Assembly: GCA_004431415.1 (NCBI GenBank)
Contig: QPMI01000179.1
Location: forward strand, 62,001 to 126,000
DNA length: 64,000 bases
Origin: Cyanophora paradoxa CCMP329
Lineage: Eukaryota > Plantae > Glaucophyta
Direction: 5' to 3'
In this document: positions 12,331 to 24,683 of the stretch, in pieces
Layout: every line of letters begins with the position of its first letter
How positions within the stretch are numbered: the first letter of the stretch is position 1
Position numbers and translations under genes: made by a program
The notes under the pieces: generated by a model
Seen by the model: the letters and a program-made list of their open reading frames with translations, nothing else
Database searches by the model: none
What the model was told of the DNA's origin: nothing

Positions 12331-12550
12331 GATAAGTATCTTAATAGTCTGTGCTCTCATTTTCGCCGCAAGTGCGAACGTTTTAGGACGATCCTTGGTG
12401 ATTTCGGTGTTTTGACCAGTGTACTAGATTTGACTTCACTAAGTTCATCTTCACATCTACTTCATCATCGAGAGACCTTGCTCATGGTCCGGAACGTTCT
12501 GCGAAGCGTGGTATTTGAGTTAAAATGAGATATTTAGATTATATGCATCT

Positions 12551-13111
12551 TGTTCCCAAAGCGGGAAGTCGCTGGGAGTACTGCTTGTGCCGCCGCGGCC
12601 GGGCATGCTCGAGCCGCCGGCCTCCTGTGTGTGCAGGCGGGTCCAGCCCAATGCACATGAGTGAAAAACCCGTGGTAGTGCAGGTTTGGCTTCCGTCCAA
12701 GCTGTAAACAGAGCTGGCAGCTCGACCGCCGTGGCGTTACGCCGTGATAACCCGACGGCACCTGCCCGTGCTCCGCCGCGTACCGGGGGTGCAGCTCGAA
12801 GCGGGGCTCTTCCTGCGGGTGCAAGTACGTTCAGGTTAACTTGTGGCTGCGCACGGCGAGAGCCTCGGGGAATCCCAGCAGCTAAAGTTGCCGACGGCTT
12901 GGCCGACGTGAAAAGAAGCTGTAAGAAGCTATACAATGGGTTCTAAGCCACTTCTGCACACGGCGCAGTGCCGTGCCGGGACGCACGTGCACACACGCTT
13001 AATATCCATGTATGATTGAATGACATACCCCTACACGAGGGACGGGGTATCACCAGCGGACATGGTACATTCGCTATGGCGAAAGGGGAAGGGGAACTAC
13101 GCTTCGCAACA
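12551..13111 (-). mobile_element. Probable solo Gypsy LTR (~560 bp); terminal 52 bp duplicated at 13139-13190
   Basis: TGTT...AACA termini with an imperfect inverted repeat. 12912-13111 is homologous to 22372-22568, which follows a PPT. No TSD found. Confidence 0.6.
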
Positions 13112-13582
13112 ATTCGAGGTACGGGGTATGTCTAGCGCACATGGTACATTTGCTATGGCGAAAGGGGAAGGGGAACTACGCTTCGCAACAGACGACTTCA
13201 GCTGCTGGCCTCCCCCCAAGGTTCTCCAGCCGACGAACGGCCCCACGTAGGCGGTGAGGGCCTTGTAGAAGCCCGGCAGCAATGGATCCCGGATGGGTAC
13301 GCTCTGTACGCTCTAGCTCACTCTACCTGGCCCCGGGATGCCCGCCCATCGAGGCCCATACGCAAAGCGTTACAACTTGAAGTGCCGGCAATACACCCAG
13401 TTCGACATGCGGCTGGCGCACACCGACGTTATCTACCACCGCGATGACCTCTGCCGCTTCATGCGTTGTCCCAACCCATCCACTGCCGTCCAGAAGCTCA
13501 TCATGTTCACCGAGGAGGTCCCTCAGCTGTCCAGACTTATTGGGGTCCCGTTTGAGGACGTGCACTCCTCTCGAGATTTGGA

Positions 13583-16500
13583 TTCGGAACAACCCAGGGC
13601 TCCCTGCCCACTGTTTTGTGTGGGTGGGGACCCCTGTGAGATTTTGGAGGGGCAACTGGGGGAAGCGCTGAACCCAAAACAAGAAACTAGAGACACAACA
13701 CCCATTCTCCTCATGTGAACCTGACAGAGTGCTCTGGAACCCCCCAGGGCTTCCTACCCACTGTTTTGTATGGACATGGACCCCTGTGAGATTCTTGGGG
13801 AGCACTGACCCCAAACAAGAACCCAAAAAAGAGGCACACATTTGCATAATCCAAACCTGACAGAGTGCTCTGAAACACCCCAGGGCTCCCTGCCCACTGA
13901 TTTGTATGGATGCGGACCCCTGTGAATTTCAGAATCTCAGTGCTCCCCCTATTGCTCCCCAGAATCTCACAGGGGTCCATGTCCATACAAAACAGTGGGT
14001 AGGAAGCCCTGGGGGGTTCCAGAGCACTCTGTCAGGTTCACATGAGGAGAATGGGTGTTGTTCTTCTAGTTTCTTGTTTTGGGGTCAGCGCTTCCCCCAG
14101 TTGCCCCTCCAAAATCTGACAGGTGTCCCCACCCACACAAATCAGTGGGCAGGGAGCCCTGGGGTGCTTCAGAGGACTCTGTCAGGTTTGAATGATGTGA
14201 ATGGGTGTCTCTTTTTGGGGTTCTTGTTTGGGGTCAGTGCTCCCCCTGTTGTCCCCCAAAATGTCACAGGTGTCCCCACCCACACAAAACAGTGGGCAGG
14301 GAGCCCTGGGATGTTCCAGAGCACTCAATCAGGTTCGGATAATGTGAATGGGTGTCTCTTTTTGGGGTTCTTGTTTGGGTTCAGCGCTCCCCCTGTTGTC
14401 CCACAAAACCTCCCGGGGTCCCCACCCACACAAAACAGTGGGCAGGGAGCCCTGGGGTGCTTCAGAGGACTCTGTCAGGTTTGGATGATGTGAATGGGTG
14501 CCTCTTTTTGAGGTTCTTGTTTGGGGTCAGTGCTCCCCCTATTGCTCACCAAAATCTTACAGGGGTCCCCATCCATACAAATCAATGGGCAGGGAGCCCC
14601 GGGGTGTTTCAGAGCACTCTGTCAGGTTTGGGTTATGCAAATGTGTGCCTCTTTTTGGGGTTCTTGTTTGGGGTCAGTGCTCCCCCTATTGCTCCCCAGA
14701 ATCTCACAGGGGTCCATGTCCATACAAAACAGTGGGTAGGAAGCCCTGGGGGGTTCCAGAGCACTCTGTCAGGTTCACATGAGGAGAATGGACGTTGTAT
14801 TTTTAGTTTCTTGTTTTGGGTTCAGCGCTCCCCCTGTTGTCCCACAAATCCTCCAGGGGTCCCCACCCACACAAAACAGTGGGCAGGGAGCCCTGGGGTG
14901 CTTCAGAGGACTCTTTCAGGTTTGAATGATGTGAATGGGTGTCTCTTTTTGGGGTTCTTGTTTGGGGTCAGTGCTCCCCCTGTTGTCCTCCAAAATGTCA
15001 CAGGTGTCCCCACCCACACAAAACAGTGGGCAGGGAGCCCTGGGTTGTTCCAGAGCACTCAATCAGGTTCGGATAATGTGAATGGGTGTCTCTTTTTGGG
15101 GTTCTTGTTTGGGTTCAGCGCTCCCCCTGTTGTCCCACAAAACCTCCCGGGGTCCCCATCCATACAAATCAGTGGGCAGGGAGCCCTGGGGTGCTTCAGA
15201 GGACTCTGTCAGGTTTGGATGATGTGAATGGGTGCCTCTTTTTGAGGTTCTTGTTTGGGGTCAGTGCTCCCCCTATTGCTCACCAAAATCTCACAGGTGT
15301 CCCCACCCACACAAAACAGTGGGCAGGGAGCCCTGGGTTGTTCCAGAGCACTCTGTCAGGTTTGGGTTATGCAAATGGGTGCGTCTTTTTGGGGTTCTTG
15401 GTTGGGGTTCAGCGCTCCCCCTGTTGTCCCACAAAACCTCCCGGGGTCCCCACCCACACAAAACAGTGGGCAGGGAGCCCTGGGGTGCTTCAGAGGACTC
15501 TGTCAGGTTTGGATGATGTGAATGGGTGCCTCTTTTTGAGGTTCTTGTTTGGGGTCAGTGCTCCCCCTATTGCTCACCAAAATCTCACAGGGGTCCCCAT
15601 CCATACAAATCAATGGGCAGGGAGCCCCGGGGTGTTTCAGAGCACTCTGTCAGGTTCGGATAATGTGAATGGGTGCCTCTTTTTGGGGTTCTTGGTTGGG
15701 GTCAGTGCTCCCCCTATTGCTCCCCAGAATCTCACAGGGGTCAGTGTCCATACAAATCAGTGGGTAGGAAGCCCTGGGGGGTTCAAGAGCACTCTGTCAG
15801 GTTCACATGAGGAGAATGGACGTTGTATTTTTAGTTTCTTGTTTTGGGTTCAGCGCTTCCCCCAGTTGCCCCTCCAAAATCTCACAGGGGTCCCCATCCA
15901 TACAAATCAGTGGGCAGGGAGCCCTGGGGTGTTTCAGAGCACTCTGTCAGGTTTGAATTATGCAATTGGGTGTCTCTTTTTGGGGTTCTTGTTTGGGGTC
16001 AGTGCTCCCCCTGTTGTCCCCCAAAAATTCACAGGGGTCCGCATCCATACAAATCAGTGGGCAGGGAGCCCTGGGGTGTTTCAGAGCACTCTGTCAGGTT
16101 TGGATTATGCAAATGTGTGCCTCTTTTTTGGGTTCTTGTTTGGGGTCAGTGCTCCCCCTATTGCTCCCCAGAATCTCACAGGGGTCCATGTCCATACAAA
16201 ACAGTGGGTAGGAAGCCCTGGGGGGTTCCAGAGCACTCAATCAGGTTCGGATAATGTGAATGGGTGTCTCTTTTTGGGGTTCTTGTTTGGGTTCAGCGCT
16301 CCCCCTGTTGTCCCACAAAACCTCCCGGGGTCCCCACCCACACAAACCAGTGGGCAGGGAGCCCTGGGGTGCTTCAAAGGACTCTGTCAGGTTTGGATGA
16401 TGTGAATGGGTGCCTCTTTTTGAGGTTTTGTTTGGGGTCAGTGCTCCCCCTATTGCTCACCAAAATCTCAAAGGGGTCCGTGTCCATACAAATCAATGGG

Positions 16501-19500
16501 TAGGAAGCCCTGGGGGGTTCCAGAGCACTCTGTCAGGTTCACATGAGGAGAATGGACGTTGTATTTTTATTTTCTTGTTTTGGGTTCAGCGCTTCCCCCA
16601 GTTGCCCCTCCAAAATCTCACAGGGGTCCCCATCCATACAAATCAGTGGGCAGGGAGCCCTGGGGTGTTTCAGAGCACTCTGTCAGGTTTGAATTATGCA
16701 ATTGAGTGTCTCTTTTTGGGGTTCTTGTTTGGGGTCAGTGCTCCCCCTGTTGTCCCCCAAAAATTCACAGGGGTCCGCATCCATACAAATCAGTGGGCAG
16801 GGAGCCCTGGGGTGTTTCAGAGCACTCTGTCAGGTTTGATTATGCAAATGTGTGCCTCTTTTTTGGGTTCTTGTTTGGGGTCAGTGCTCCCCCTATTGCT
16901 CCCCAGAATCTCACAGGGGTCCATGTCCATACAAAACAGTGGGTAGGAAGCCCTGGGGGGTTCCAGAGCACTCTGTCAGGTTTGGATTATGCAAATGTGT
17001 GCCTCTTTTTTGGGTTCTTGTTTGGGGTCAGTGCTCCCCCTGTTGTCCCCCAAAATGTCACAGGTGTCCCCACCCACACAAAACAGTGTGCAGGGAGCCC
17101 TGGGGTGTTCCAGAGCACTCAATCAGGTTCGGATAATGTGAATGGGTGTCTCTTTTTGGGGTTCTTGTTTGGGTTCAGCGCTCCCCCTGTTGTCCTACAA
17201 ATCCTCCAGGGGTCCCCACCCACACAAAACAGTGGGCAGGGAGCCCTGGGGTGCTTCAGAGGACTCTGTCAGGTTTGAATGATGTGAATGGGTGCCTCTT
17301 TTGGGGTTCTTGTTTGGGGTCAGTGCTCCCCCTGTTGTCCCCCAAAATCTCACAGGTGTCCCCACCCACACAAAACAGTGGGCAGGGAGCCCTTGGTTGT
17401 TCCAGAGCACTCAATCAGGTTCGGATAATGTGAATGGGTGTCTCTTTTTGGGGTTCTTGTTTGGGTTCAGCGCTCCCCCTGTTGTCCCACAAAACCTCCC
17501 GGGGTCCCCACCCACACAAACCAGTGGGCAGGGAGCCCTGGGGTGCTTCAAAGGACTCTGTCAGGTTTGGATGATGTGAATGGGTGCCTCTTTTTGAGGT
17601 TTTGTTTGGGGTCAGTGCTCCCCCTATTGCTCACCAAAATCTCAAAGGGGTCCGTGTCCATACAAATCAATGGGTAGGAAGCCCTGGGGGGTTCCAGAGC
17701 ACTCTGTCAGGTTTACATGAGGAGAATGGACGTTGTATTTTTAGTTTCTTGTTTTGGGTTCAGCGCTTCCCCCAGTTGCCCCTCCAAAATCTCACAGGGG
17801 TCCCCATCCATACAAATCAGTGGGCAGGGAGCCCTGGGGTGTTTCAGAGCACTCTGTCAGGTTTGAATTATGCAATTGAGTGTCTCTTTTTGGGTTCTTG
17901 TTTGGGGTCAGTGCTCCCCTGTTGTCCCCCAAAAATTCACAGGGGTCCGCATCCATACAAATCAGTGGGCAGGGAGCCCTGGGGTGTTTCAGAGCACTCT
18001 GTCAGGTTTGGATTATGCAAATGTGTGCCTCTTTTTTGGGTTCTTGTTTGGGGTCAGTGCTCCCCCTATTGCTCCCCAGAATCTCACAGGGGTCCATGTC
18101 CATACAAAACAGTGGGTAGGAAGCCCTGGGGGGTTCCAGAGCACTCTGTCAGGTTCACATGAGGAGAATGGGTGTTGTTCTTCTAGTTTCTTGTTTTGGG
18201 GTCAGCGCTTCCCCCAGTTGCCCCTCCAAAATCTCACAGGGGTCCCCACCCACACAAAACAGTGGGCAGGGAGCCCTGGGGTGCTTCCAGAACACTCAAT
18301 CAGGTTTGGATAATGTGAATGTGTGTCTCCTTTTGGGGTTCTTGTTTGGGTTCAGCGCTCCCCCTGTTGTCCCACAAATCCTCCAGGGGTCCCCACCCAC
18401 ACAAAACAGTGGGCAGGGAGCCCTGGGGTGCTTCAGAGGACTCTGTCAGGTTTGAATGATGTGAATGGGTGCCTCTTTTGGGGTTCTTGTTTGGGGTCAG
18501 TGCTCCCCCTGTTGTCCCACAAAACCTCCCGGGGTCCCCACCCACACAAAACAGTGGGCAGGGAGCCCTGGGGTGCTTCAAAGGACTCTGTCAGGTTTGG
18601 ATGATGTGAATGGGTGCCTCTTTTTGAGGTTCTTGTTTGGGGTCAGAGCTCCCCCTATTGCTCACCAGAATCTCACAGGGGTCCCCATCCATACAAATCA
18701 GTGGGCAGGGAGCCCCGGGGTGTTTCAGAGCACTCTGTCAGGTTTGGGTTATGCAAATGGGTGCCTCTTTTTGGGTTCTTGGTTGGGGTCAGTGCTCCCC
18801 CTATTGCTCACCAGAATCTCAAAGGGGTCCGTGTCCATACAAATCAGTGGGTAGGAAGCCCTGGGGGGTTCCAGAGCACTCTGTCAGGTTCACATGAGGA
18901 GAATGGACGTTGTATTTTTAGTTTCTTGTTTTGGGTTCAGCGCTTCCCCCAGTTGCCCCTCCAAAATCTCACAGGGGTCCCCATCCATACAAATCAGTGG
19001 GCAGGGAGCCCTGGGGTGTTTCAGAGCACTCTGTCAGGTTTGAATTATGCAATTGGGTGTCTCTTTTTGGGGTTCTTGTTTGGGGTCAGTGCTCCCCCTG
19101 TTGTCCCCCAAAAATTCACAGGGGTCCGCATCCATACAAATCAGTGGGCAGGGAGCCCTGGGGTGTTTCAGAGCACTCTGTCAGGTTTGGATTATGCAAA
19201 TGTGTGCCTCTTTTTTGGGTTCTTGTTTGGGGTCAGTGCTCCCCCTATTGCTCCCCAGAATCTCACAGGGGTCCATGTCCATACAAAACAGTGGGTAGGA
19301 AGCCCTGGGGGGTTCCAGAGCACTCTGTCAGGTTTGGATTATGCAAATGTGTGCCTCTTTTTTGGGTTCTTGTTTGGGGTCAGTGCTCCCCCTATTGCTC
19401 CCCAGAATCTCACAGGGGTCCATGTCCATACAAAACAGTGGGTAGGAAGCCCTGGGGGGTTCCAGAGCACTCTGTCAGGTTCACATGAGGAGAATGGGTG

Positions 19501-22002
19501 TTGGTCTTCTAGTTTCTTGTTTTGGGGTCAGCGCTTCCCCCAGTTGCCCCTCCAAAATCTCACAGGGGTCCCCACCCACACAAAACAGTGGGCAGGGAGC
19601 CCTGGGGTGCTTCCAGAACACTCAATCAGGTTCGGATAATGTGAATGGGTGTCTCCTTTTGGGGTTCTTGTTTGGGTTCAGCGCTCCCCCTGTTGTCCCA
19701 CAAATCCTCCAGGGGTCCCCACCCACACAAAATAGTGGGCAGGGAGCCCTGGGGTGCTTCAGAGGACTCTGTCAGGTTTGAATGATGTGAATGGGTGCCT
19801 CTTTTGGGGTTCTTGTTTGGGGTCAGTGCTCCCCCTGTTGTCCCCCAAAATCTCACAGGTGCCCCCACCCACACAAAACAGTGGGCAGGGAGCCCTGGGT
19901 GTTCCAGAGCACTCAATCAGGTTCGGATAATGTGAATGGGTGTCTCTTTTTGGGGTTCTTGTTTGGGTTCAGCGCTCCCCCTGTTGTCCCACAAAACCTC
20001 CCGGGGTCCCCACCCACACAAAACAGTGGGCAGGGAGCCCTGGGGTGCTTCAAAGGACTCTGTCAGGTTTGGATGATGTGAATGGGTGCCTCTTTTTGAG
20101 GTTCTTGTTTGGGGTCAGTGCTCCCCCTATTGCTCACCAAAATCTCACAGGGGTCCCCATCCATACAAATCAGTGGGCAGGGAGCCCCGGGGTGTTTCAG
20201 AGCACTCTGTCAGGTTTGGGTTATGCAAATGGGTGCCTCTTTTTTGGGTTCTTGTTTGGGGTCAGTGCTCCCCCTATTGCTCCCCAACAGGGGGAGGCAA
20301 CCTCCCGGGGAGGTTTTGTGGGACAACAGGGGGAGCGCTGAACCCAAACAAGAACCCCAAAAAGAGACATCCATTCACATTATCCGAACCTGATTGAGTG
20401 CTCTGGAACACCCCAGGGCTCCCTGCCCAGTGTTTTGTGTGGGTGGGGACACCTGTGAGATTTTGGAGGGGCACCTGGGGGAAGCGCTGACCCCAAAACA
20501 AGAAACTTAAACAACCTGAACCTGACAGAGTGCTCTGGAACCCCCCAGGGCTTCCTACCCACTGTTTTGCATGGACATGGATTCCTGTGAGATTCTGGGG
20601 AGCAATAGGGGGAGCACTGACCCCAAACAAGAACCCCAAAAGAGACACCCATTCACATCATCCAAACCTGACAGAGTGCCTTGGAACAACCCAGGGCTCC
20701 CTGCACAATGTTTTGTGTGGGTGGGGACACCTGTAAGATTTTGGAGGAGCAACTGGGGGAAGCACTGATCCAAAAACAAAAAAAACTCGAAGAAAAACAC
20801 CCATTGTCCTCATGTGAACCTGACAGAGTTCTCTGGACATGGACCCCTGTGAGATTCTGGGGAGCAATAGGGGGAGCACTGACCCCAAACAGAACCCCAA
20901 AAGGAGACACCCATTCACATTTTCCAAACCTGACAGAGTGCTCTGAAACACCCCAGGGCTCCCTGCCCACTGATTTGTATGGATGGGGACCCCTGTGAAT
21001 TTTTGGGGGACAACAGGGGGAGCACTGACCCCAAACAAGAACCCCAAAAGAGGCACCCATTTGCATAATTCAAACGTGACAGAGTGCTCTGACGCACCCC
21101 AGGTCTCCCTGCCCACTGTTTTGTTTGGGTGGGGACCCCTGGAGGTTTTGTGGGACAACAGGGGGAGCGCTGAACCCAAACAAGAACCCCAAAAGGAGAC
21201 ACCCATTCACATTATCCAAACCTGATTGAGTGCTCTGGAACACCCCAGGGCTCCCTGCCCACTGTTTTGTGTGGGTGGGGACACCTGTGAGATTTTGGAG
21301 GGGCAACTGGGGGAAGCGCTGACCCCAAAACACGAAACTAGAGATACATCAGCCATTCTCCTCATGTTTACCTGACAGAGTGCTCTGGAACCCCCCAGGG
21401 CTTCCTACCCACTGTTTTGTATGGACATGGACCCCTGTGAGATTCTGGGGAGCAATAGGGGGAGCACTGACCCCAACCAAGAATCCCTAAAAGAGGCACA
21501 CATTTGCATAATCCAAACCTGATAGATTGCTCTGAAACACCCCAAGGCTCCCTGCCCACTGATTTGTATGGACATGGACCCCTGTGAATTTTTGGGGGAC
21601 AATAGGGGGAGCACAGACCCCAAACAAGAACCCCAAATGAGGCACCCATTTGCATAATTCAAACGTGCCAGAGTGCTCTGAAGCACCCCAGGGCTCCCTG
21701 CCCACTGTTTTGTGTGGGTGGGGACCCCGGGAGGTTTTGTGGGACAACAGGGGGAGCGCTGAACCCAAACAAGAACCCCAAAAAGAGACACCCATTCACA
21801 TTATCCAAACCTGATTGAGTGTTCTGGAACAACCCAGGGCTCCCTGCCCACTGTTTTGTGTGGGTGGGGACACCTGTGAGATTTTGGAGGGGCAACTGGG
21901 GGAAGCGCTGACCCCAAAACAAGAAATTCGATGTAAAACACCCATTCTCCTCATGTGAACCTGACACAGTTCTCTGGAACCCCCCAGGGCTTCCTACCCA
22001 CT
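13583..22002. repeat. Satellite 1: ~147-bp monomer tandem array, ~7 monomer variants, inversions at ~13930 and ~20290
   Basis: GAGCACTCTGTCAGG-type motif every 146-148 bp; ~43 monomers in the central block; flanking blocks are reverse-complemented. Confidence 0.97.
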
Positions 22003-22006
22003 ATCA

Positions 22007-22323
22007 GTGTCCTCAGCTGATGAAGTGATTCTGAAGGAGATTTGGGAGCGATTTGGTGAAAATGTTGCAAGCCTTAGGGTTAGGGTTAGGGTTAGGGTTA
22101 GGAAGCTTAGCTGTTCAGCTGATGATACTCTTGATGAGAGGAAGCTTATGTGTGATTTTTCGGCAAGGAAGCATGAAGTTTTTGCAGAGGGTCAATGGAA
22201 ACATGATGAGTCCAGACCTGGTCCTCCTGTTTAGCATAGCATTGACACGAGAGATTGTTGATGAGACTCACAAGCTGATGAACAGGAATCTAATTCGTCA
22301 GTCAAGAAGCCCTTTGGCCGCGC
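22007..22323 (+). pseudogene. Degenerate Gypsy pol fragment (pre-RT region)
   Basis: EIWERFGENV...IVDETHKLMNRNLIRQSRSPLAAP resembles EIRQRFGQNV...IVNETKKLLGRNLIRPSCSPWAAP at 41.6-42.0 kb. Confidence 0.75.
22074..22102 (+). repeat. Interstitial telomere-type repeat (TTAGGG)4 TTAGG
   Basis: Read directly from the sequence. Confidence 0.9.
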
Positions 22324-22371
22324 CAGAGCACTCTGTCAGGTTTGCATGACGGGGAGGGATTTTTTTTGAAA

Positions 22372-22985
22372 AAAAGCTGTTAGAAGCTATACGATGGGTT
22401 CCAAGCCACTTCCGCACATGGTGCAGTGCCGTGCCGGGACGCACGTGCACACACGCGTAATATCCGTGTATGATTGAATGACATACCCCTACACAAGGGA
22501 CGGGGTATCACTAGCGTACATGGTACATTTGCTACGGCAAAAGGGGAGGGGAACTACGCTTCACGACAACTCTCCTCCAAGTAAGAAAAAGGCCACGTCC
22601 ACGCTGGCCAAGTCCAAGGAAGGAAAAGAAAAGAAAGAGATCAATCAGGGTCCCTCCAAGGCTTGAGCCAAGAGGCATGAACGATTTGACGCGAACCCTC
22701 AGCAGGGGAACCATGCTCCTTTGGACCAGAACACTCCAGCAAGAAAGTAACTCCCTTGCCTTGAGAAATATCTCTAAGCACAGTCCAAGGTCCAGTGAAA
22801 CGGTGGGAAAGCTAGTCAGACCACTGAGTGGAAGGGGTCTTCACAGCAACAACTTCTCCAGGAATGAAAACTGGTTGAGAAGGCTGCTGCTGCTGCTTGG
22901 CAAGATATTCCTTCTTAGCTTGCTGGATATCAGTATAAATCCAATAAAAACGCCGTGCCAGCGTAGCCGGATAACCAGAAGGCTC
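22372..22985 (-). mobile_element. Gypsy 3' end: integrase C-terminus, hairpin, PPT (22570-22578) and LTR start (TG at 22568)
   Basis: GYPATLARRFYWIYTDIQ...FTGPW...GKGVTFLL is homologous to 60639-60960. The minus strand reads GGAGGAGAG-T-TGTCGTGAAGCG. Confidence 0.8.
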
Positions 22986-23384
22986 TGAAGTTGTCACTTG
23001 AACTTCAGCCGGGCCGGCGCCGCGCGACCTGCACGAAGCTGTCGGCCTTCCCGCTGCCCGGCTCCACGCCCGTGCTGACGGACCTGAACCTGAAGTGAAG
23101 CCGCCGCCGTGTCGCCTCCACCCGTGCCGGCACCACGCTACCTGCATCAAGCTCCCGATGCCATCGAGAGGTTCCTGGTGCTATCGAGCAAGTTCCTGAT
23201 GCAAAAAAAGGCGAAAACAGGGAACATGATGAAAAATAAAATATGCATCAGAAAACGTAAAATTATGATAAAGTTATGAGAAGTAATGCAAAGATTGGGG
23301 GAAAGTTTGTTTAAAGATTTAAAGATTTAAAGAAAAGACCGGGGGTTGGTGTAAAGTTAGTGCTTAGTTATGGCGTGCTTCTCT

Positions 23385-23750
23385 TCTAGCAGGCACGTTT
23401 TGGTTCTTTCAAACCACTCTCTGGTCAACATCTCTCTTTGAAGAAATCTCTGGCCATCATCCTGCGGGAACCTGCTGCCTCACCCTTGGATCTCGATCCT
23501 GCTGATCCCCTGCCGTTCCCTGTTCTCTGTGCTTCCGATCTCGACCCCGCCTGCCATAAGCAGCTCGGTTTTCCTCATCAGCTTCTTCTTGATCGCGAGC
23601 ACCATCAATCATGGAATATGATTCAGCATAAAGCAACCTTCTTTATGCAGACAGCCTTTGACTTCCAGTCCTCCCTTCTTGGACGGGGTCGCATAGCCTA
23701 CGCTTTCTGTCAGATCGTAATAAGCTTTTATATTCAAGCAGTTCCCATGC
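23385..23750 (+). pseudogene. Diverged LINE ORF2 fragment (end of RT region)
   Basis: LDLDPADPLPFPVL...MIQHKATFF...FQSSLLGRGRIAYAFCQ matches 7240-7590 (-). Confidence 0.88.
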
Positions 23751-23863
23751 CATAGAGTTATAGTAGCTATGAAAGATTTATGCATATTGAGACTGAGGAG
23801 ACTGTGAATTCAAGTTTTGAAAAGTCGTGAGACTGGATTCTGTTGGTGTCCACCACTATCACA

Positions 23864-23993
23864 CCCTGATGTCCCCTAGACTAGCCTGATGTACGGGAGC
23901 TTGCCCCTCAGTGGATTGTGTGATAATACAGTGTAGTGTCCGGGAACTTGTCCTGGTGCATCAGCGTGTGAACCCATAGTGTACTACGGGACA
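23864..23993 (+). mobile_element. Gypsy LTR internal fragment
   Basis: Diverged reverse complement of ~60405-60540; also matches 54124-54180. Confidence 0.75.
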
Positions 23994-24138
23994 TGTATAA
24001 ATTTCTAGGCGCGTCAGAGGTGCGGCTTTGCTCAGTCGGGACAGAGGCGAGACGGGCCGCATGCGGGGGCCCAGCGGTGGCTTCACTTCAGGTCCAGGTT
24101 TGTCAGCACGGGTGTGAAAAGAAGCTGTTAGAAGCTAT

Positions 24139-24645
24139 ACCCCCAAGGAAATTCTAGCACTAAAGCCAACTGTCCATGAGCAGGGCCAGGCAGGGACAGT
24201 ACCTGTAAAGGTTCAGGAAATTCCCACCTGGGCCTTATTGGACACAGGAGCAGACGTTTCTTTGGTTTCACAAAAATAGCTAAACAAGTTGCCAGTGCAG
24301 CCTGAAGTTGTGAAGGCTGCACCCAAGCTTCGAGGTTTTGCAAAGGAAATGGTCCCCGCTGTTGGATCAACAAAATTGAGAATAGAGTTAGGAAATTTGC
24401 AGACCGTTGAACCAGTGGTAGTGATGGATAAGCTTTCCCATGATGTGATTCTTGGAAGAGATTATTGTGAAAAGAATATGATCGACATTTCCCATTCTAA
24501 AGGAATTGTACACTCCTTTGTGAACCCCTCATTGCAAGTCCCATTGTCACTTGGAACAATCAAATCTGAGTCAAATGTTGCTCTTGCCGAAGACGTGAAA
24601 ATTCCTGAAAACACTGGTGTTAGGGTAGTACTTCAAGTAGATAGT
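24139..24645 (+). pseudogene. Gypsy aspartic protease fragment
   Basis: ALLDTGADVS motif with an in-frame TAG; near-identical to ~43570-44075 (-). Confidence 0.9.
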
Positions 24646-24683
24646 AAGTCTTCTACCAAGCCAAGCTAGCAGTGCACGCGACT

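Noticed and set aside
12960-12995. CGTGC..GCACG hairpin as a Helitron 3' end
   Set aside because: No downstream CTRR, and it lies inside the inferred LTR.
13191-13580. GC-rich coding-like fragment (ORF 13338..13718)
   Set aside because: Short, runs into satellite, and has no recognisable motif; cannot be assigned.
13906-21967. Many ORFs up to 439 aa in satellite 1
   Set aside because: They are a by-product of a 147-bp (3n) stop-poor monomer; frames shift freely between units.
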